Assembly: GCF_000009705.1 (NCBI RefSeq)
Contig: NC_003272.1
Span: forward strand, 3,930,001 to 3,962,000
Direction: 5' to 3'
Origin: Nostoc sp. PCC 7120 = FACHB-418
GTDB lineage: Bacteria > Cyanobacteriota > Cyanobacteriia > Cyanobacteriales > Nostocaceae
DNA: 32,000 nt
How positions within the stretch are numbered: the first letter of the stretch is position 1; every line of letters begins with the position of its first letter. Made by a program: the position numbers and the translations under genes. This document shows, piece after piece, positions 26,861-32,000 of the stretch. The notes under the pieces are model-generated. The model was given only the letters and a program-made list of their open reading frames with translations. It was not told the DNA's origin and did not search any database.

Positions 26861-29482
26861 TTGGTGGACTCCCGATACAACCCCGCAACACTTGAGGAAA
26901 AATGGCAAAAAACATGGGTAGAACTTGGTTTAGATAAGACCCAAACACAAAGCAACAAACCAAAATTCTACGCTCTATCCATGTTTCCCTATCCATCGGG
27001 CAGCCTACACATGGGTCACGTCCGTAATTACACAATTACAGATGTGATTGCCCGCCTCAAACGAATGCAAGGGTATCGGGTACTGCATCCAATGGGATGG
27101 GATGCCTTTGGCTTACCAGCAGAAAACGCCGCCATTGACCGTGGTGTACCCCCTGCCAAATGGACTTATCAAAACATTACCCAAATGCGGCAACAATTGC
27201 AGCGTCTTGGTTTATCCATTGACTGGGATAGCGAAGTTGCCACCTGTTCGCCAGATTATTACAAATGGACACAGTGGATTTTCTTACAGTTCTTACAGGC
27301 GGGGTTAGCTTACCAAAAAGAAGCAGCCGTCAACTGGGACCCCATTGACCAAACTGTATTAGCAAACGAACAAGTTGATAACGAAGGTCGTTCTTGGCGT
27401 AGCGGCGCTATTGTTGAGCGTAAATTACTCAGGCAGTGGTTTTTGAAGATTACCGACTACGCCGAAGAATTATTAAATGACCTAGATAAATTGACTGGTT
27501 GGCCAGAACGTGTCAAATTGATGCAGGCGAACTGGATAGGGAAATCCTCAGGAGCCTATTTAGAATTTCCCATTGTCGGCAGCAATGAAAAAATAGCTGT
27601 GTATACTACCCGCCCTGATACAGTTTACGGGGTCAGCTATGTAGTATTGGCACCAGAACATCCCCTCACCAAGCAAGTTACAACCAAAACACAACAAGCA
27701 GCAGTAGACACCTTTATTCAAGAGGTGACAAATCAAAGCGAATTGGAACGTACCGCCGAAGACAAACCTAAACGAGGTATAGCCACTGGTGGTAAGGCAA
27801 TTAACCCGTTTACAGGGGAAGAAGTACCCATTTGGATTGCCGACTATGTACTGTATGAGTATGGTACTGGGGCTGTAATGGGTGTACCTGCCCACGATGT
27901 ACGGGATTTTAAATTTGCTCAGAGATATGACTTACCCATTGATTTTGTCATTGCGGCCCCTGATGATGTAGCAGGTTTTGACTTAAGCCCGACATCAGAG
28001 ACAGAAGAAGTCACTCAAGTCGTGCAGATAGAATATAACCAAGCCTACACAGAACCAGGAATCTTAATTAATTCTGGGGCTTTTACTGGTATGACTTCCA
28101 CAGATGCCAAACAGGCGATTGTGAAATATGCCACAGAAAAAGGTTTTGGCAAAGAACGTATTCAATATCGCTTGCGGGACTGGTTGATTTCTCGGCAACG
28201 CTATTGGGGCGCACCAATTCCCGTCATTCATTGCCCCAATTGTGGGATAGTACCAGTACCTGACAAAGATTTGCCCGTCATTTTACCAGAAGAAGTGGAA
28301 TTTACTGGACGAGGTGGTTCACCGTTGGCACAGTTGGAAAGCTGGGTAAATGTCCCTTGTCCTACCTGTGGTACTCCTGCCAAACGGGAAACCGATACGA
28401 TGGACACCTTCATTGATTCCTCGTGGTATTTCTTGCGGTTTACTGATGCTAGGAACGAAGCACAGGTATTTGAATCAGCAAAAACCAATGACTGGATGCC
28501 CGTAGACCAATATGTAGGCGGTATTGAACACGCAATTTTGCACTTGTTATATTCCCGCTTCTTCACGAAAGTATTGCGCGATCGCGGCTTGTTGAATTTT
28601 GATGAACCTTTTGAGCGTTTGTTAACTCAAGGGATGGTACAAGGTTTAACTTACTTCAATCCGAACAAGGGTGGTAAAGATAAGTGGGTTCCTTCCCATT
28701 TAGTTAACCCCAATGACCCTCGTGACCCCCAAACAGGCGAACCACTGCAACGGCTTTACGCCACCATGTCCAAATCTAAAGGCAACGGTGTCGCACCGGA
28801 AGATGTGATTGCTAAATATGGTGTAGATACGGCGCGGATGTTCATCTTATTTAAAGCGCCGCCAGAAAAAGATTTGGAATGGGATGAAGCTGATGTAGAA
28901 GGACAATTCCGCTTTTTAAATCGGGTTTGGCGTTTGGTGACAGATTATGTAGCATCTGGGGTAAACCCTAAAAATAAATCTGGCGAATTGAGCAAGTCAG
29001 AAAAAGACTTACGGCGGGCAATTCACACTGCTATTCAGTCGGTGACGGAAGATTTAGAGGATGATTATCAGTTTAATACTGCTATTTCCGAATTGATGAA
29101 GTTAAGTAACGCCCTTACTGATGCTAACGGCAAAGATTCACGGGTTTATGCTGAGGGTATTAAGACATTGGTGGTTTTGCTGGCTCCTTTTGCACCACAC
29201 ATTGCTGAGGAATTGTGGCGATTATTGGGTAATAGCGAGTCAGTGCATACTCAAACCTGGCCTGCTTTTGACCCAGCTGCTTTGGTTGCCGATGAAATCA
29301 CTTTAGTGATTCAAGTTAATGGTAAGAAGCGTGCTGACATTCAAGTTCCGTCACAAGCTGATAAAGCTGAGTTAGAGAAATACGCCCGCGAATCAGAAGT
29401 TGTGCAACGTCACCTTGAAGGCAAGGAAATTAAAAAGGTAATTGTCGTGCCTGGAAAGTTAGTTAATTTTGTCGTTGGTTAA
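26861..29482 (+). CDS. leuS: Leucyl-tRNA synthetase
   Basis: [29 protein letters not shown] (the HIGH motif), the CP1 editing domain TTRPDT.YG, and the KMSKS motif [10 protein letters not shown]. The product is 873 aa. The start is TTG 26861 or GTG 26864, after AGGAGA. Confidence 0.97.
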   Translation: MVDSRYNPATLEEKWQKTWVELGLDKTQTQSNKPKFYALSMFPYPSGSLHMGHVRNYTITDVIARLKRMQGYRVLHPMGWDAFGLPAENAAIDRGVPPAKWTYQNITQMRQQLQRLGLSIDWDSEVATCSPDYYKWTQWIFLQFLQAGLAYQKEAAVNWDPIDQTVLANEQVDNEGRSWRSGAIVERKLLRQWFLKITDYAEELLNDLDKLTGWPERVKLMQANWIGKSSGAYLEFPIVGSNEKIAVYTTRPDTVYGVSYVVLAPEHPLTKQVTTKTQQAAVDTFIQEVTNQSELERTAEDKPKRGIATGGKAINPFTGEEVPIWIADYVLYEYGTGAVMGVPAHDVRDFKFAQRYDLPIDFVIAAPDDVAGFDLSPTSETEEVTQVVQIEYNQAYTEPGILINSGAFTGMTSTDAKQAIVKYATEKGFGKERIQYRLRDWLISRQRYWGAPIPVIHCPNCGIVPVPDKDLPVILPEEVEFTGRGGSPLAQLESWVNVPCPTCGTPAKRETDTMDTFIDSSWYFLRFTDARNEAQVFESAKTNDWMPVDQYVGGIEHAILHLLYSRFFTKVLRDRGLLNFDEPFERLLTQGMVQGLTYFNPNKGGKDKWVPSHLVNPNDPRDPQTGEPLQRLYATMSKSKGNGVAPEDVIAKYGVDTARMFILFKAPPEKDLEWDEADVEGQFRFLNRVWRLVTDYVASGVNPKNKSGELSKSEKDLRRAIHTAIQSVTEDLEDDYQFNTAISELMKLSNALTDANGKDSRVYAEGIKTLVVLLAPFAPHIAEELWRLLGNSESVHTQTWPAFDPAALVADEITLVIQVNGKKRADIQVPSQADKAELEKYARESEVVQRHLEGKEIKKVIVVPGKLVNFVVG

Positions 29483-29560
29483 ATATTTTTGTGTTTTTTG
29501 AGAAAAGCGTTAAAGGTCGGCGTACCAAAGCTGTCTTTCCCTGAGTCAATTGATAATGAC

Positions 29561-29603
29561 TGCCGTAATATCCACCAAGGTATTGCGGCATTTTTCTATT
29601 TTT
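29561..29603 (+). terminator. Intrinsic terminator downstream of leuS
   Basis: TGCCGTAATA-tccaccaagg-TATTGCGGCA is a 10-bp stem with one G-U pair, followed by TTTTTCTATTTTT. It lies 79 nt after the leuS stop. Confidence 0.8.
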
Positions 29604-29685
29604 GAACACAGAGGAGGTTCAAAGTTTATGCGGAGGGACACAGAGGTTTGGTGAAAGCTTTGTGTTTCGTAGTTATGAAAAACAT

Positions 29686-30117
29686 CTAATTGCCTATATC
29701 CTCATTCCATAGTTCAGGATTGGTTTGAACAAACTCACTCATCATCTGTTCGCATTCATCTAAATTTAAATCAATAACTTCCACACCGTGGGACACCATA
29801 AAATCTTTAGCACCAGGAAAAGTCCTAGATTCACCGACAATGACTTTCTTAATACCAAATTGCACCACAGCCCCAGCGCATAAATAACACGGCATTAAGG
29901 TTGAATATAATGTGGTACCTCTGTAACTGCCAATTCTACCGGCATTACGGAGACAATCGATTTCGGCATGAGTAACAGGGTCACGGTCTTGTACACGTTT
30001 GTTATGTCCTCTGCCGAGAATTTTGCCATCTTTGACAAGCACGGAACCAATGGGAATACCTCCTTCTTGTCTACCTTGTTTTGCTTCTTGAATGGCGGCC
30101 TGCATAAACTCATCCAT
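29686..30117 (-). CDS. Cytosine deaminase of the yeast FCY1 type (CMP/dCMP zinc-binding deaminase fold)
   Basis: It aligns end-to-end by eye with S. cerevisiae Fcy1: GGIPIGSVLV.DGKILGRGHN, HAE (the zinc His-Ala-Glu), TLYSTLMPCYLCAG (PCxxC), VVGE, and the C-terminal PELWNEDIG versus Fcy1 PQDWFEDIGE. A strong AAGGAGG lies 8 nt upstream of the ATG. Confidence 0.85.
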   Translation of the reverse strand: MDEFMQAAIQEAKQGRQEGGIPIGSVLVKDGKILGRGHNKRVQDRDPVTHAEIDCLRNAGRIGSYRGTTLYSTLMPCYLCAGAVVQFGIKKVIVGESRTFPGAKDFMVSHGVEVIDLNLDECEQMMSEFVQTNPELWNEDIGN

Positions 30118-30133
30118 TTTTTATCCTCCTTAT

Positions 30134-31057
30134 ATGACAAAACAACTAGTGTTAATGGATCATGATGGTGGTGTAGATGATTATCTAGCAACTATGCTGC
30201 TGTTGACGATGGATAATGTGCAACTCATGGGTGTTGTTGTTACTCCTGCTGATTGTTATGTCCAGCCTGCGGTGAGTGCTACGCGTAAAATTATTGATTT
30301 GATGGGATTTTCTCATATCCCAGTGGCAGAAAGTACTGTACGCGGGATTAATCCGTTTCCTCGGCTGTATCGGCGTGATTCGTTTATTGTTGACCATCTG
30401 CCTATTCTCAATCAAACCGAATTGATTCATACACCTTTGGTTGAGGAAACTGGTCAAGATTTTATGGTCAGAGTATTGCAAGAAGCACTAGAACCCGTAA
30501 CATTAATGGTTACAGGCCCACTCACAACGGTTGCAGTTGCTTTAGACCAAGCACCAGACATTGAAGCCAAGATTGACAAGATTGTCTGGATGGGTGGCGC
30601 TTTGAATGTTCCTGGTAATGTGGAAAAAAGTTTAGAGGCTGGACAAGATGGGTCTGCCGAATGGAATGTCTATTGGGATGCAGTTTCAGCTGCACGAGTA
30701 TGGCAAAGGGAAATTAAGATTATTATGTGTCCCTTAGATTTGACTAACGATGTACCAGTGACATCTGAGTTAGTATACAAAATGGGGCGACAAAGACATT
30801 ATCCCGTATCTGATTTAGCTGGACAATGTTATGCCTTAGTTATCCCACAAGATTATTATTTCTGGGATGTGTTAGCAACGGCTTATTTAGGACACCCAGA
30901 ATTTTATCAACTCCGCGAATGGGAGACAGAAATTATTACTAGTGGTTTGAGTCAGGGACGGACTAAAGTTGTCACTGGTGGGCGCAAGATTTTAGCTATG
31001 GATAAAGTGGATAAGGATGCTTTTTATGCTTACATTTTGCAACAGTGGGCAAGGTAA
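30134..31057 (+). CDS. Nucleoside hydrolase (IUNH family)
   Basis: The N-terminal LVLMDHDGGVDDYLA is the DxDxxxDD calcium/ribose-binding fingerprint, and the size is typical. The track starts at ATG 30092, which would overlap the divergent deaminase by 26 nt, so I prefer ATG 30134. Confidence 0.82.
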   Translation: MTKQLVLMDHDGGVDDYLATMLLLTMDNVQLMGVVVTPADCYVQPAVSATRKIIDLMGFSHIPVAESTVRGINPFPRLYRRDSFIVDHLPILNQTELIHTPLVEETGQDFMVRVLQEALEPVTLMVTGPLTTVAVALDQAPDIEAKIDKIVWMGGALNVPGNVEKSLEAGQDGSAEWNVYWDAVSAARVWQREIKIIMCPLDLTNDVPVTSELVYKMGRQRHYPVSDLAGQCYALVIPQDYYFWDVLATAYLGHPEFYQLREWETEIITSGLSQGRTKVVTGGRKILAMDKVDKDAFYAYILQQWAR

Positions 31058-31190
31058 ACAATTCAAAATACCCTAAGGGAAGCTAAAGCTACAAAATTCA
31101 AAATTCAAAAAAATGGAAATTTGAGGACTTGACATCCTCCACAAAGTCCGATCAAGCGGATTTAAGGAATTGTAATTGAGTTGTTTGAAA

Positions 31191-32000
31191 CTATTTTTGC
31201 GCTCTATAAACTGGACTTATTTGACGATAAGTGTTGAGTAATTCTAAGAATTTATCAAAATCAAAACTTAAGGGGTCAACTCTCTGGCTGGAACGGTCTA
31301 CTGCTTTGTGTGTGGTGATGCGCTCTTCTGGTACTTGGCTTTGAGCAATTAACCAAGCTAAAGAGTTATACTGCTCTGGTGTATAACCACTATGAGATTT
31401 TAGAAAATTATTGCCACGTCCATCTGGTGGTGTTTCTAAGGAAACATGATAGGCAAAATTATTCACAGATGGTGGTAAGTTAGGATTAGTTTGCACAGTT
31501 TCAATACCGTCTGTGCCATCAAAAACTGAGTTAGCAGCGCCAAAGGCTCGCTTTTCTGGAGGGACTAAATATAAAACAGTTCCATCTAATTTAATTATGG
31601 CGTGGTAACTTGCCTGAACCGTTTCATCTGTATGGGGTGTTTGGAAAAAGTTAACTGCGCTGGAAGCAGAGTTACTAGTTTCATGCAGAACAATAATTGG
31701 TTGATTTTTTATCGGTAAGCCATTAATATCTTGGGTATAACGTTCACCATAATTACTTGGATGTACAGCCGCGATTTCTAATTTTGGCTTGTACTTAGCA
31801 AATGTTTGAGTAGTTATATATCTACCAGAAGACTGATTAGTTATAACTGGAAAATTGCCAATATCTTGGGCTTTGTTACCTTGGTTTATTTCGGACTGGA
31901 TTTGTATCTGAGGATATTGTCTCCAAGTTGCTATATCTGAGTTTGATGGTATTGCTGTATTTTGTTGTACTTGTGTAGATTTTCCTGCTAATAATGCCAA
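31191..32000 (-). CDS. N-acetylmuramoyl-L-alanine amidase (Amidase_2 / PGRP fold); N-terminus beyond the right edge
   Basis: IIVLHETSN...SYHAIIKLDGTV.YLVPPEKRAFGAA...FAYHVSLE...PEQYNSLAWLI...ITTHKAVD carries the Zn-ligand pattern of AmpD/T7-lysozyme-type amidases. The ORF is open to position 32000. Confidence 0.8.
   Translation of the reverse strand: MALLAGKSTQVQQNTAIPSNSDIATWRQYPQIQIQSEINQGNKAQDIGNFPVITNQSSGRYITTQTFAKYKPKLEIAAVHPSNYGERYTQDINGLPIKNQPIIVLHETSNSASSAVNFFQTPHTDETVQASYHAIIKLDGTVLYLVPPEKRAFGAANSVFDGTDGIETVQTNPNLPPSVNNFAYHVSLETPPDGRGNNFLKSHSGYTPEQYNSLAWLIAQSQVPEERITTHKAVDRSSQRVDPLSFDFDKFLELLNTYRQISPVYRAQK

Noticed and set aside
26777-26908. 44-codon N-terminal extension of the GGCT-like gene
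   Set aside because: It would overlap the leuS start by 48 nt, and it is Cys/hydrophobic junk ([14 protein letters not shown]...). The GGCT fold starts at RIFVYGTLK just after Met-45.
29604-29685. Direct repeat ACACAGAGG x2 (about 29606 and about 29638) and a 9-codon ORF (MRRDTEVW) between the leuS terminator and the deaminase 3' end
   Set aside because: The repeat is short enough to occur by chance, and the mini-ORF has no SD and no context.
30092-30133. Upstream ATG for the nucleoside hydrolase, overlapping the divergent deaminase
   Set aside because: IUNH-family proteins begin only a few residues before the DxDxxxDD motif, so ATG 30134 fits. It is kept as an alternative in the related finding.
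1-32000. Search for tRNA/rRNA genes, CRISPR arrays, IS elements/transposases, integrases, toxin-antitoxin pairs and known defence-system genes
   Set aside because: I saw no T-loop/anticodon-arm-like cloverleaf candidates, no regularly spaced 25-40-nt direct repeats, and no ORF with transposase, integrase, nuclease-helicase or reverse-transcriptase motifs.

Overview
This looks like a chromosomal core region of a filamentous Nostoc/Anabaena-type cyanobacterium. Supporting signs are about 20 copies of the HIP1 palindrome GCGATCGC (counted by eye), STRR-type heptamer arrays, a carboxysome ccmP gene and a SmtA-type metallothionein. I support about 29 protein-coding genes. Left to right they are: a pentapeptide-repeat gene (edge-truncated) coupled to ccmP; a HAD phosphatase; a J-like membrane protein; an OmpR-family response regulator; a DUF2811-like small protein; hisIE; chaB-like; hemL; smtA with a 12-2-12 ArsR/SmtB-type operator; a secreted hypothetical; a Ser/Thr kinase (Cys4 prefix plus pentapeptide tail) next to an FHA protein. 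An AT-rich pair follows (polysaccharide pyruvyl transferase plus a QueC-like PP-loop enzyme interrupted at an A10 run). Then come recA with a LexA box and terminator; a Tat-signal LD-carboxypeptidase; a hybrid MASE1 histidine kinase co-oriented with a GalU-like enzyme; an M23 peptidase; a ComFB-family protein; an L,D-transpeptidase; an ECF sigma/anti-sigma pair (SigG/SapG-like); a gamma-glutamylcyclotransferase-like protein; leuS; a head-to-head FCY1-type cytosine deaminase and nucleoside hydrolase; and a truncated Amidase_2. I found no tRNA or rRNA genes, CRISPR arrays, transposases, integrases or recognisable defence systems. The region is mostly ordinary. The best candidates for something undescribed are the AT-rich pyruvyl-transferase/QueC-like module with its homopolymer frameshift, a phased 11-bp x4 repeat in a 750-bp ORF-poor gap, and the roughly 1.2-kb non-coding region upstream of the ECF sigma gene. 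All functional calls rest on motif recognition by eye, and no searches were run.
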